A stretch of DNA of 63,126 nt, filler included, from Stramenopiles sp. TOSAG23-3 (Eukaryota): assembly GCA_900128585.1 (NCBI GenBank). It is 31 parts of 31 records of this genome, joined end to end, with 100 filler letters (N's around TTAATTAATTAA, not from the genome) between each part and the next. Parts side by side here need not be neighbours in the genome. Positions count along the whole stretch, not along the records: positions 32,744 to 34,683 come from LT645221.1; positions 34,784 to 36,722 come from LT645222.1; positions 36,823 to 38,759 come from LT645223.1; positions 38,860 to 40,794 come from LT645224.1; positions 40,895 to 42,828 come from LT645225.1; positions 42,929 to 44,862 come from LT645226.1; positions 44,963 to 46,896 come from LT645227.1; 24 more parts are not named here. One strand, 5' to 3'. Position numbers and translations under genes: made by a program. Of this stretch, positions 32,864 to 44,964 are shown in pieces (the first letter of the stretch is position 1; the number at the start of each line of letters is the position of its first letter). The notes under the pieces were generated by a model. The model worked only from the letters and a program-made list of their open reading frames with translations, ran no database searches and was not told the origin of the DNA.

Positions 32864-33399
32864 AGACAAGAATATTCTTTCGATTTAATAATAAAATTGA
32901 GTGGATCCGGACGAGGAGCGAGGAGAAGAGAGGGAAATGAAAATATAATTTTCAATGCTGTGTAAAGCTTATATAAATATAATATCAACACCACCACCTC
33001 AGTTTTTTTGTTCATATTACTTTCCATAATACTCCTCCTTCTTTTTTTTTCTTCTTCTTCCTCCTTCCTCCTCCTCGCCGCCTTTCTTTTTTTTCTTTTT
33101 GTCTTTCTTCTTATTTTTTACCCATAATGTTCACATACAGTTTATTCCGCCGCGGTTGGTATAAATTAAATATGTACACACTTTTACAATTAGGAAACAA
33201 TGTGTCAACTTTAAATATCAGCACCATTGATGAGAATCGAAAGGATAACTAATATCTTCAATTTCGTTGAGAACCTTCACCGTATTATTGTTTGAAACGG
33301 CAATTGCAGGCAAACGCTGTCGACGAGTGTCAGTTGTTGGGTAGCTTCTCGGGCAATCGTGGGGGGGGCTGAGCGTGTCTCTGAGGTCAGCCATCTTAC

Positions 33400-34128
33400 A
33401 TGTTTTGCACGTATTGCTTCCTGCGTTCGCTGCCGTTAAACGGATACAAAAGGGGAGACTATGAGGTGAGGGGATGGAGGCGACCTTTGCTTCGGGGGCT
33501 TATTCCTGCCGTTGTAACAGACTTGACTGCCCTGGTACTCGCGTGGCGACTCGCTGTCGGGGACTGCTCGCCACTGCTGTTCCTTCTGGTGACGCTCCGA
33601 GTGCTCAACCCTTTCATGTCAATCCTGTACCACTGTCATGACCTTGACGTATTCCACATTAAGGACATTGCTACAGAAGATGTTGTACGCCAGGTTGATA
33701 TGTTCATCATACTGGTGGCAACAACAACGGACCTGGCGTACGCTGCTACCATACTGATGGTGCCTGAGTGCTTTCCTGTCGACATACCGATCATCGCCAT
33801 TGGCGCCTGCTTTTCACAGATTTTTCCGCGCATAGTAAAGGATGGTATGTTTAGCCTTTTGATGCTTCGGGCAGCGTACCTGGGGTTTCTGTACGTTCCT
33901 GACCCCGTGGCATGGGGTGCCCGCATGGCCGTCATAGGTATTCTCATAAATGCACTTGACGAATCGAGGCCGGAGTGGCCTGACCGGCCGTACCGTGGGA
34001 TTCGCAAGTACTTCGGGTTGTACGACATTGTGCACGTCTGTTGGTTCATTGACTTGGCGATAATGTTGTACCTCGGAGACGCTGGGAGAACGAACGAAAT
34101 CGGGACCGTGTGGGCGCTTCACCGCTGA
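33400..34128 (+). CDS. Divergent PAQR/haemolysin-III family membrane protein
   Basis: RPLLRG, SILYH, RQVDMFII and FGLYDIVHV appear in the order and spacing of the HlyIII motifs (KPRLRG, SxLYH, RRLDH, FGxHExxH). Confidence 0.7.
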   Translation: MFCTYCFLRSLPLNGYKRGDYEVRGWRRPLLRGLIPAVVTDLTALVLAWRLAVGDCSPLLFLLVTLRVLNPFMSILYHCHDLDVFHIKDIATEDVVRQVDMFIILVATTTDLAYAATILMVPECFPVDIPIIAIGACFSQIFPRIVKDGMFSLLMLRAAYLGFLYVPDPVAWGARMAVIGILINALDESRPEWPDRPYRGIRKYFGLYDIVHVCWFIDLAIMLYLGDAGRTNEIGTVWALHR

Positions 34129-34784
34129 GTGACAGAATTCTGAAACCTTGGTCCGGTTCGTGGCGCCCATCGTTCAGAGGATACAGAACGAACTCTTGGG
34201 CGAACCTTTCGTACCACACCTTCGCAATTTATTACCAAAAGTTCTACACCAATTATACTATACGTAATTTTTTTATTCTTCTTGTTGTCTTATTTAATTT
34301 TATTTTACCACAGTCTTCGATATTTCCATTGTAATGCAATGTATTATATTATATAGACATAGCATAGAGATAAAAAGAAAGAAGAAGAAAACTCCATCCG
34401 GTATCTTTGGCGCGGAATTGAAAAGTGACACCGGACTTTGTGTAAACTATTTGAAACGAAGAGATCTTTATGAAAAAAAGACAATTTTCATAATTTTAAA
34501 CAGTCAAATGCCCTTTTAGATATATAAAATTGTGCCCCTATGATTCGTTTTTCCCAATCCCACAAATGAATAAGTGTTTGTCCGGGCGATATATGGTCCA
34601 AATGGTCCATTTCACAAAAAATTGTCCCTAGGAACCGTAATTCCAAGTCAATGGAGGGCAAACAATTTATAAACGTTCGTTTGNNNNNNNNNNNNNNNNN
34701 NNNNNNNNNNNNNNNNNNNNNNNNNNNTTAATTAATTAANNNNNNNNNNNNNNNNNNNNNNNNNNNNNNNNNNNNNNNNNNNNG

Positions 34785-36614
34785 GAACAAAGTAACACAG
34801 GGGATGACGGGGGAAGGGGCGCAACGGTGACCAGCAAGCCAGCTCGTTCTAGCAAGACCGCCCCGCGGCGTGAGGAAAACATTTTTGGGAAATTTTTTAA
34901 TAATATCAATGCTTACGAGGCGGCTGCCCTTGCTGGCGACAAATCGGAGCACGATGCGAGCGAAGAATCGGAGGAAGAAAGTAGAGATATGAGTAAGAGC
35001 ATTTGGGAGCAAGATGGAAGCAAGAATCTCGATAGGACAGAGGGATCAGAGCCTAACAAGTCCTCATTTATGGTACCGAGCGTTAACGTTACAGAATTTA
35101 GCCGAGTGAAAAGACCGCCCCAAGAGCGTCGCCGACCCGTTTCAATAAACAGACGAATCCGGCTATTGGTGTACTCGGTGTGCGGCTGCTGCACTGTCAC
35201 GGCTGGTCTGGTCTACGGCCTGCACACCGCTCTCACATTCGGGTATGGCACATGGGTGGACAGCGGTGTTCCAATCCAGAAGACGATAAAAGTTGAACAC
35301 ATCGTTTCGCCACCTGAGGAGGGAGAAGTAAGCATAGTGCCTAAGCAACCGCCCCCCGTGAAGGCGGTCCCGGATTCCAGCGGAATATTGCCTCAAGAAT
35401 CGATACAAAAAATAAAGGTTTATTTGGACTCTGCTGTGGAGAATGCAATAGGATACCTTAATGAAGTGAAAACTACCATCGAACAAGGGATGGACCTATT
35501 TCTGAAGGATGTGAACCCCGAGCAGCGTGCTTTGCTGGGCAGCGTGCTCGTGCTGCTTGTTTTGTACTTTGTGTACAGGCACCTGTGCAAGGGATCCACG
35601 GCCAAGTCCAAATATGCGCGTCAAGGCAAGCCTTCAAAGAAATATAGTGGCATGCGTGTTCCGGCAATAGCCTTGTCGTCGTTTGACGTATTAAAACTCA
35701 CAAAGCGCGCAAAAGAGAGGGAAGACGTACAGAAAGAGAAACTCGAAACAGAACCGCCCAAGCCGAGCAGCTCAAAAAGCGAAGTGGTAAAAATTTCAGA
35801 GCCTATGGTGGAATCGGAATCGCCAGTGGCACAGGAAAACAGAAGGGGGCGCGGTGAGTCCGATGGGGAAAGCGCGTTATCGAAGGCTTTGCTGTTGGTC
35901 GCTTCTCGGCTGCGCGCTCCCGGCTCCGTGAACTTAATGATCGATCTGGTTTTGAACGAGGTAGGATGTTTATCATTCGATGAAAAAGATGTGAACCCAG
36001 TCCGACAGTACTTGTTAGAGCAGTTGCAGAGTACCACCCCGTCCCCAACGAAAGAGCTGGTATTGAATGACTTGGCAAAGATGCAGAGCAAGGACAAGGG
36101 TATTTTGGAGCTGGATATTTCAGCCATTTGGCCGACAGCATCGCCGGGGTTGGTAAAGACCCCGGATGTTTCGGGCACATTTGTTGAGCCCGAACCATCC
36201 AGCTCTGCATCGCCGAAGAAAAAGGAAATATTAGCCAACATCCCGGAAGACCGGCCCCAGACGACGTCCGCGGCAATTGCCGCGAAAAAGCCCCGTTCGT
36301 TGTTTGGGAAAGATGACATTTTGCCAGGGGACACGGCAAGGAGCGACGTGCCGAGTGCTCTAGGGCGAAAGCCGCGGACAAGTTTTGCCGATGAACATCC
36401 GAGTTTTCGCCAGGCATCGCGCGCATGGAATGATACGGAAAACAAACCGCAGCGGCAGTCGCAAAAGCGGAGCGCTTCGCCCCACAGCACTTTCTTGTCA
36501 AGTTTATCGACGTCGTACACACTTGACCATGGCGGTACATCGTTCATAGGTGCTTCCTCGTCCCGCCGTCGCCGTCGCCAGAAGGATGGGGAAAGAACAA
36601 AGGGGCGCCGTTGA
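34785..36614 (+). CDS. Hypothetical protein with two TM helices and long disordered regions
   Basis: About 600-codon ORF with hydrophobic segments LLVYSVCGCCTVTAGLVYGL and LLGSVLVLLVLYFVY. Confidence 0.75.
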   Translation, partial: EQSNTGDDGGRGATVTSKPARSSKTAPRREENIFGKFFNNINAYEAAALAGDKSEHDASEESEEESRDMSKSIWEQDGSKNLDRTEGSEPNKSSFMVPSVNVTEFSRVKRPPQERRRPVSINRRIRLLVYSVCGCCTVTAGLVYGLHTALTFGYGTWVDSGVPIQKTIKVEHIVSPPEEGEVSIVPKQPPPVKAVPDSSGILPQESIQKIKVYLDSAVENAIGYLNEVKTTIEQGMDLFLKDVNPEQRALLGSVLVLLVLYFVYRHLCKGSTAKSKYARQGKPSKKYSGMRVPAIALSSFDVLKLTKRAKEREDVQKEKLETEPPKPSSSKSEVVKISEPMVESESPVAQENRRGRGESDGESALSKALLLVASRLRAPGSVNLMIDLVLNEVGCLSFDEKDVNPVRQYLLEQLQSTTPSPTKELVLNDLAKMQSKDKGILELDISAIWPTASPGLVKTPDVSGTFVEPEPSSSASPKKKEILANIPEDRPQTTSAAIAAKKPRSLFGKDDILPGDTARSDVPSALGRKPRTSFADEHPSFRQASRAWNDTENKPQRQSQKRSASPHSTFLSSLSTSYTLDHGGTSFIGASSSRRRRRQKDGERTKGRR

Positions 36615-37234
36615 GAAGTTACAGCGGAGATTCAAGTATTTAAAATAAATGTTTACATTAGATTACACGCACTCTCTATTAAGTAGGAACGAAAAAGGAG
36701 GTACCGGCCGACTTTAAGTGATNNNNNNNNNNNNNNNNNNNNNNNNNNNNNNNNNNNNNNNNNNNNTTAATTAATTAANNNNNNNNNNNNNNNNNNNNNN
36801 NNNNNNNNNNNNNNNNNNNNNNATATATAGCAATACATTGTTATATTATAATTACTTATAAATGTATACTAGTCGTTCTACTATTGGGATATCAGTATTT
36901 ATTTATTTAATTAATTTAGAGAGAGAGAGACTAATAAAATGAAGAGCTGCTCTATACACTAACGATTTACTCATATATAAGGGGGATATAATAAAATGAA
37001 TTATTCAATGAGGTTTTAGGTAGGTTGTGTATGATACATATGTGTTTGCGTGTGTATGTGCGTTTGAGTAAAGGGGGCATGGATGGTGTGAAAGAGTTGG
37101 ATTTGTTTTCTTTCTTGGTCGGATTGTGAGGTCTCCATTGAATGTACAGTAAAGAAAGTGAATCAATTGTCGATAGGTTTTAGGTTATTCAGTTTCGTCT
37201 GGGTAGCAGTGAAAATCGGAAGGTTCAAGGCAAA

Positions 37235-38759
37235 ATGAAGACTTCTTTCCATTGCTGCCTTCTCTTTGTCGTCGTCTTGGCAGCCCTACTTGTTTCCTCT
37301 GGAAATGCGCAAGCGGATGAGAGCGATGCAATTGGGCGTGTGGTAGGGCGAATATTGACCACGAAGCAAGCAGCGCGCACGACCACGGCTAGCAAACGGT
37401 GGCAATGGTTGCGAATGAAGGTGCGCGCCGTGAAAGAATTTAAGAAGCGACCGTTCCAGTTCCTTCTGTACCTGCTGAAAAGTCGTAAAGAGAACGTCTT
37501 GAAGCCCCACAACCAGGAGTTTGTAACAGAGGCCCGCGAGCAGTGCACGGAAGATGGGAACAAAAAAGTATTCGTTAAGTACGGCGACGAGTCGCAATGG
37601 TGGGAGAGTGAACTGCGAGGCTGCGAGTCGAACTCCAAGTGTGCAAACAACGTAAAGCCGTACCAAAAAAAGGGGGCCAAAGAACACACGTGCGTCGAGG
37701 CGCACAGTAGAGCATACCAGAAGCAATTGGAAAGGATGGAGTCCGTCAGCAAGGGTGTGGAAGATGCAAAGTCCTCGCTTTTGGAAGGAAGCAAGCAGCG
37801 CAAAGCCGAAAGTGCAAAGTTCTTCGCCACAGTCCGCGGGCACGACGATGCCATCAAAGTTCTCGACAAAATCATGGAAGTTTTGTCCAAAGGCGAGGCC
37901 CCGTCCCTGCTTGAAGTGCAGCGACAGGCCTTGCGCAAGGTTACGGCAACATCTACCGTGCCAGAGATGCTTCTTGAGGTTTCCTCGTCTGCGAAAGAGT
38001 CCAAGCTGGACCAACTTCGCAAATTCTGCGGTCTGATGAAGAAAAACCTGCAAGATTCCACCAAGTTCATGAAAGCGGAGGAAGAAGCCCAAAATGCAGA
38101 ATGGGAAAACGTTAAAAAACAAAACGTTTTGACCATAACGCGGGGACCAGCCGCTCTCGCTGACGCAGAGTATCTGAGGGAAGAGGCAAAGTTCGAAAGA
38201 AGCAAATGCAAGACTAGACTGACTCATGCAGCGGAGGGGTTCTCTGCACTTGTTAAGACGTGCATCGACAACCACGATATCTATGCCAAGGCTGCCAAAG
38301 AGTACGCTGAGGAGGGACACATGGTCTCCCACGTGGAAGAGGAATCGCAAGCAGAGGAGGAAGCGCCAGTAAACGTTCCAGCAGTGGAGGAAGAGAGCAT
38401 CCCATCCAGCACTGGCACGGTGCAAGCACCATCGAGCACAGGCGCGGTTGCGACGTCATCGAGTACTGGAGGAGAAGCAACGCGCCCAATAATTTCTGGG
38501 TCTGTTTCGAGCACTGCAGAAACGCCCAAGGCCCCAGCTGCATTGCCCCCCCCCGAACTTCCGGTAAAAGATATTGGGCGTGGCAGCGCAGCAACTGGTA
38601 TTCGTGGTCGGACTACTGTCCCAAAGACGGATTTAGGCGCGTTAGGTAGCACAGCCACTGGTGTGGAAATACCAGCAAACGCTGACGAAGTCGTCGCCGC
38701 CACGGCAATCGAGTCGACGGGAACCGCTACTGGCACAGCAGAAGCACCAGCAAAAGCTG
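37235..38759 (+). CDS. 3'-partial secreted helical protein (trichocyst-matrix-like region) with a Thr/Ala/Gly-rich tail
   Basis: Signal peptide MKTSFHCCLLFVVVLAALLVSSGNA, a coiled-coil region with paired Cys, and SLLEV/MLLEV motifs. Confidence 0.75.
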
Positions 38760-38859
38760 NNNNNNNNNNNNNNNNNNNNNNNNNNNNNNNNNNNNNNNNN
38801 NNNTTAATTAATTAANNNNNNNNNNNNNNNNNNNNNNNNNNNNNNNNNNNNNNNNNNNN

Positions 38860-39212
38860 AAAAGCTGATTATCGTCCATGCGATCCATTAAAGGTTTGCT
38901 CCCTTCGTGTACTGCAAACTTTAAAACGAAATCATGGCCAAGAAATAGCGCCGTGGGGACGCTTGGAGCACTTGGTGCATCCCCCATGGCGTCCAATGTG
39001 CCGAGCCCAAAGACTATGCGGGCGCGAAGCAAAACGTACTCAAGCAGCGATAAACAGGCCAAAGCGAAAAAAGTGAGGCAACAACTTGTAGCGCAGTTTG
39101 TAGTCCTGCTGCTGTGGCTTTGCTGTTTGGGATTATATGAGGAGCATGATGAAATCCTTTCGTACCGTACCGGCTCGTCGTCGTGCCGTGCCGTGCCTCC
39201 TCTTGTTGCCAC
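38860..39212 (-). CDS. Possible N-terminal fragment of a single-pass membrane protein
   Basis: Open frame with one hydrophobic helix, but no in-frame ATG before it. Confidence 0.3.
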
Positions 39213-39477
39213 TTGTGCGTGTGGTGTAAAGCTATTAATATTATTTTATTTTAATAATTTAAATAAATAATTTAAATTAAAATAATATTGCAATAAAAAA
39301 ATTCGAACACAAACCACGACAACAAATTGAAGTAACACATGCGAGAAGAACTACAAAGTATTCCCCAGATATCAAAGATATAGAAGAAGAGAGGAACGAG
39401 TTTCATCTTTGTAAGTTGTCCTCGGATTAAAGGTATACCATTGCCAACTTTGAACATTTCCTGAGGCCGATCGCGAT

Positions 39478-40642
39478 CTATCCATCCTCACACTCCAAAA
39501 ATGCACTACAATCATCACATTCACAGTCCAACCCCCCTCCACCAAGTTCAAGTTCACCATAAGCCTGACTATGACCACCCGCTGCTGTGGCAACCGCTGC
39601 CGAGTTAACGGCCAGACATGCTCTCGCACGAATGGATTGCGCCAGCGAGATTACGCATTGAATTATCATTTTCAAAATCATTAGGCATGTGTAGATGAAC
39701 GACAACCATCCCCAAACTGAAATAATGCCTTCATTCGAGAGTTCCCCTACTTTTACTGCAAGGGATGGCCCGTCTTCAAAACAAAGATTAAATGCAAGCT
39801 GGAGAAAATTGTAGTCTATAATCAACCATTGCAGATAAACTATCAGATAGGTAGGAATTACGCCATTCAAACGATACCATAAACAAGAACATTCAGAGCC
39901 TGCGCTGCACTCAATGCACGGAAAAATCCGTTTTCGGCAACTCATAGATTTCATTTTCGGCAACTCATCGATTTCATATGCTAGTCCCGCAAATAAAACT
40001 ACTACCAATCGTGCAGCTGCCAAGGTCAATGTAGTGACAAATGCAAACATTCTTACTGGATCGTACCAGCGTACAAATGGGGAGTTTAATATAGAACGCA
40101 TGGTAAAACTGACTTGTTGAACATGTCCATACTGCGGCTCAGAAGGAAACTGGCAATTTTCCTGGTTCAAATTGGATAGAAACCGAACAGCACAGTTGCC
40201 ATCATTGCTGTTGTATAAGTTGAATTTTGGACTGTAATTGTGAGTGTTTTGAAATGAACCCAAATTATATAGGAATCCGTCATTGGGCGCCGTGTAACTC
40301 TCCAGATCGCACCCTGCACTAAAGTGAATGCACCGTGAACGACGATAAGTTAACCAATCGTAGATGTCTGTCAATATATCAAAAAGTGCAGCCAAAGAAA
40401 ACATCAAGGAGAAACATTTCATGTTCCGAATTATAACCGAATCCACTAGATTTGCCGTCCTGCCATTCAGAGCTGCATTGACTCCGTATTTGTCGTACAG
40501 AGGACTGTAACGTTCGATCTTTCCAGTATTTTGCAACCGGTTTTGGTGTATCGACGGTGGGCTAAATCCTTGTTCAAGTTTGAAGTCGTACGGGGGCACC
40601 ACGGTCCATTTTTTGTTGAATAAATACCCTTCATTCTTTCGG

Positions 40643-40679
<37 letters not shown>

Positions 40680-40794
40680 TTCTTCTTCTTTTCTTCTCCA
40701 TTTCTTCTTCTTTCTTCTTCTTCTCTTCTTCTTCTTTTTCTGCTTCTTCTTCCACGATCACTCTTAAAGGAACCAGTACCTTCATATGATCCAT
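39478..40794 (-). CDS. Multi-pass membrane protein of unknown function (start uncertain; 5' part overlaps a GAA microsatellite)
   Basis: Several hydrophobic helices, LFDILTDI and FEDGPSL motifs, and a Cys/acidic C-terminus. Confidence 0.65.
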
Positions 40795-40984
40795 NNNNNN
40801 NNNNNNNNNNNNNNNNNNNNNNNNNNNNNNNNNNNNNNTTAATTAATTAANNNNNNNNNNNNNNNNNNNNNNNNNNNNNNNNNNNNNNNNNNNNAAAGGA
40901 ATTAAATTGTTCATCAAATTGTTCATTGGAAAATATATCATCCCCTCGGCCCTCGGTGATTGATTGACAACCAACAATGAAACA

Positions 40985-41080
40985 AAATTACAGAATCAAG
41001 TTAGGATTACGTAGGGTATGAGGAAGCTAAATTTAATTAGTCTACTTAGTCTATAAATAACAGCCAATTTTCTTGTTTTT
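40985..41080 (-). repeat. Extended 3'-element family copy
   Basis: aaattacagaatcaagttaggatta..gaagctaaatttaatta..taaataacagccaattttcttgttttt. Confidence 0.88.
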
Positions 41081-41476
41081 ATTTTGTATTATATATTGGT
41101 GTACCGTTTTAAAATCGACAAAGCTTGTTGTTGTGGTATGGACCACAAACACTCCTCGTACTTCTTTCTCCCTATGGAAGCAGCAATCAAAGCACTTTAG
41201 GTTTAACATATAAATACAACCGATAGATGATACAAATATCATTAGGAGAAAAAATAATAATAATATAGCCGCCGCCATCATCTAATTAATAATAAGATGT
41301 CGTCTATAAAAAATAATTTAAAATATACATATATATGGTTTGACTGCCCCCCGCTCCCGCTGCCGAGTGGAACAGCGCAGTAAAACAAAAACCCTTCGGC
41401 ACCACCCCCTGTTTTAGGTGACTTAAATAAGCACTTTGCTTTTAATTTTATTCTACAATCTACACACACGACTACC

Positions 41477-42802
41477 ATGGCTGATGCAAACGTCGTTGTG
41501 GAAGATACGACTCCAGATGATGTTTCTTTGGATGAATTTGTGGTTTTTGATGGTACCAGTAAGCTTGCTGAATTCTGCAACCACCCGACACAAGACGTAA
41601 TGGTTCAGTTCGTTAAGAAGTATGGAGAGACGGTCGTTTGCCTCTCCATGATGTTGGATTATACGGAAGAAAATGAACCAATCGATTTTCAACACCTTGG
41701 ATTGCCAAAGTTAGAAACGTTAAGTCTAAGAAACGTATGCGTCAAAAATCTGTATTTAACTTCCACGAACACGCCATTGCTTACTGCTATTTCACTTAGC
41801 AACATCCAAGGGTATATGAAGCTTTTCCTTGAACTTCCAAATCTAACTAGCTTTTCTGCTGAGCATACTCATGTACACGGTGAAACGGAGAATTCATTTG
41901 GGTTGTCCGTCAGTCGTTGTCCCAATTTAGAAGATATTGAAACATATAAATTTCGTGGATTAACTGGCAGTAACTTTTGTGTGCTTCCAAAATGTGAGCA
42001 TTTGGAATTATATAGAAGTGAATGTACAGATTCGCTTGAAATTCTGTCAGCTCCAAATCTATGTCATTTGTCTGTGCAAGCTGCATATGGATTGACTCAT
42101 TTGCGATTGCACGATTTTTTAGGAGCAACATTACAGGATGTGGAGGAACTGTGTGGACTAGAGAAGACGATACATTCAGATGCAGAAAGGTATACGAACC
42201 AAGCAAGGGATTCAATTTTAGCGAAATCAAGGGAAGAACTGCAGCAATTTGCTATCGAAAAGAATTGGATCGACACCCATGATGAGGAAGAGTTTGATCC
42301 AAACGATGATGGGATTGGCACAGAGATTTTTAATGAATATCTTTGGAATTTGAAGACAGAAAAAATTGCTAGTTTACGCCGGGAACGTATTCAACCGTGC
42401 TTAAGTAGTATCAAATTAAAAGCACCATTAGAAAACTTGGATGCAGAAAAGTTACCAGAGTGCGAAGTAATCACTACAAATATGGATCTAGACATGTTCT
42501 CGAAACAGCATCTTGCTTCACACTCAAGAGTTTCTTGCGATGGTATAAGTTCAGATATGAATGATATGATGATGGGTGGTCCTAATAATAGTCACCCGGC
42601 ATTGATGATGATTGAAATGCTAATGCCATCATTAGTGATGCAAGGATCTACCGGAGAGGATGAATATGTCCCAAATTCATTTTCAATGGATGGAACGGCA
42701 TTGACAATGACATTTACCGCCAGACACAAATCGGACGGTACAGAGTTTCAGAAGACAACGCCGATTCCACCAGTTCTATTGGGATTAATGGGCCAAATTT
42801 AA
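41477..42802 (+). CDS. Leucine-rich-repeat-like protein
   Basis: LPKLETLSL, TPLLTAISL, LPNLTSFS, CPNLEDI and APNLCHLSV repeats; complete ATG-TAA ORF. Confidence 0.75.
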   Translation: MADANVVVEDTTPDDVSLDEFVVFDGTSKLAEFCNHPTQDVMVQFVKKYGETVVCLSMMLDYTEENEPIDFQHLGLPKLETLSLRNVCVKNLYLTSTNTPLLTAISLSNIQGYMKLFLELPNLTSFSAEHTHVHGETENSFGLSVSRCPNLEDIETYKFRGLTGSNFCVLPKCEHLELYRSECTDSLEILSAPNLCHLSVQAAYGLTHLRLHDFLGATLQDVEELCGLEKTIHSDAERYTNQARDSILAKSREELQQFAIEKNWIDTHDEEEFDPNDDGIGTEIFNEYLWNLKTEKIASLRRERIQPCLSSIKLKAPLENLDAEKLPECEVITTNMDLDMFSKQHLASHSRVSCDGISSDMNDMMMGGPNNSHPALMMIEMLMPSLVMQGSTGEDEYVPNSFSMDGTALTMTFTARHKSDGTEFQKTTPIPPVLLGLMGQI

Positions 42803-43037
42803 TTTTTGTATAATAATATTTTATTATANNNNNNNNNNNNNNNNNNNNNNNNNNNNNNNNNNNNNNNNNNNNTTAATTAATTAANNNNNNNNNNNNNNNN
42901 NNNNNNNNNNNNNNNNNNNNNNNNNNNNCCATTACTATCATACTGATAGAATTGTGCACCCTGGGGAAAGGGTAAAATGTTTAAGAGGATTTTAAAATAA
43001 AACGTTCGTATTTGACACACAGTGAAACATTAAATTG

Positions 43038-43084
43038 AAAACAAACAATTTGGCTGTGTTATTGTTATTTAAGTAAATTATTAA
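43038..43084 (+). repeat. 3'-element family copy (degenerate)
   Basis: aaaacaaacaatttggctgtgttattgttatttaagtaaatta. Confidence 0.7.
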
Positions 43085-44862
43085 TTATTTTTCTTCGCTT
43101 CCATCTTTCCCCTCTGCCAATTTATGCAAATATCTCCCTTCGATGTTTCTGAGTACTGTCCCCATAACGTTTGTCACGGTGTGCTTTGCAACAATGGACA
43201 TGTCCCTTTTAAATCGTTGGATAATTTCTTTGGTTAGGATCCTCACCTGGCAGCTGAACACTGCATATGGAATTACTTCGGCCAAGAGAGACTTTGCGAA
43301 GACGCTAGTCATGCATTTGTTCAAGTTTTTCCGTATCAGTTTCTTTGTGTATACCTTGATCTTGGTTTTCTTGAGTGCCCTCTCCAACGTGGATGCTGAA
43401 AGCGTCCTGGCGACAGTTTCCGTATCAATACGCATTGAGAGCTGTTGGATGGCCCTATTGCGCCCGAGAAAGCGTGGGGGAACATCAAGCCTTTGTCGAG
43501 CAATTTGGGAGACCCGCCAGTGCCGCCGTAGCTGGTCCAGCGCTTTGTGAATAGTATACGATGAAATACGAATCGTCTCTGCCGAGGAGATAGCATGGAA
43601 CGTTTTCTTTCGTTGCTGGTATCGCGGGCTGTCGGGGGTGCCAGAATTTCCACGGGTGTAGATGCTATTTGGCAAGTAATCGTGCGGGATAATATACATG
43701 GCAGCGGAGCGCCTGTGCACGCTGTTGTCGGACGTATTTCTGCCGGCGCTCAGGTACATACCGCGGTGCAGGCGTATGCTATTTACTTTGTCTACGCGAC
43801 TTTGGTTGTACTTTCGTTTCTCCAGTTCTTTCCTATTTTCCTCTTGCATCTTGTTGTTGTACTTTTCCTCGGCATTTTTCAAACCTTCCGCAAGCAGCCC
43901 TTTTCTTCTACCCTGTTCCGCCCGCGCTTCTTTTGCGTGTTTCATTGCCAAAAAGTGTTCCCACTCGGCGTTCATCTTCTCTCGCTCTTCGCTTTCTCGC
44001 TGTTTTTGAGCCCGCAGGGCATGTACAAACTCACGTTCGGCTTCGATTTTGCTTCTCACCCCTAGTTCGTGGCGGTCCAACCGCGTGGCCATTGCTTTTG
44101 CCAAACACCCTTTGGTCAGGTTCCAGGATACATCCTTTCTCACTTTTGAATTGGCTCTACGCTGCATTACTTTTCGTGAGATGGATTTCACGCTCGCTTC
44201 AGCCGATTCTAAATTTCTGTACTTCAGTATTGTGGTTGGGCGAAAGCACACGGTTGACAAATTTATCAAGTCGAGCTTCTCCCTGTACGTCACCCCGCCA
44301 TATGCGGCCCCGAAGGATTTTGCTAGCGGGACCCGAGATGTTGTTTTAACCCCTGTGGTCTCACGGATCCACTCTTGAAGGCGCTTCTTCCGGCGCCGTT
44401 TGCATTTTTCTCGGCCCAAATGCCCCCGGTACATCCTCTGGATTGCGGTTGCCATTCGAGTGTTTCTGCGGTACACAAGCAGTTGCATGTACCTCCACCC
44501 TCGCACTGCCCTGTACCAACACTGTATGTACGTCGCACACGATCTCTCTTGCTCTCGTCGGAGGTCTACCAAGTAGAGAAACTTCTGTGTGGTCCTTCTT
44601 TGGAACGAAAACATTCTCCAAACTCTTTGAATGGAAATCGTCTTTGAGACCAAGGTGTCGTAGAACCCCTCTTCTATTCGCACTTCCGGGCCCAACCGAA
44701 TCACTTTTGCCAGGTCTCCCGCCCACATGGATTCCCATTTCTTCACCGCCCGTTCTTGCGCAACGTCCCAGGCGTCTTGTTCGATCATATGTTTTATGCG
44801 CAGCTCCTCTTCCTTGTTTTTCAAAATTCGCCGGTGCTCTCTTGCCCCTTTTCTACCCTTTC
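43085..44862 (-). CDS. 5'-partial IQ-motif basic coiled-coil protein
   Basis: IQRVWR, IQCWYR and IQRMYRGHLGR. Confidence 0.8.
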
Positions 44863-44964
44863 NNNNNNNNNNNNNNNNNNNNNNNNNNNNNNNNNNNNNN
44901 NNNNNNTTAATTAATTAANNNNNNNNNNNNNNNNNNNNNNNNNNNNNNNNNNNNNNNNNNNNCG

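Noticed and set aside
35621-38425. Long antisense ORFs (35621-36547, 37225-38211, 37286-38425) and similar shadows elsewhere
   Set aside because: They overlap better-supported genes on the opposite strand and show no motifs, as expected in GC-rich coding DNA.
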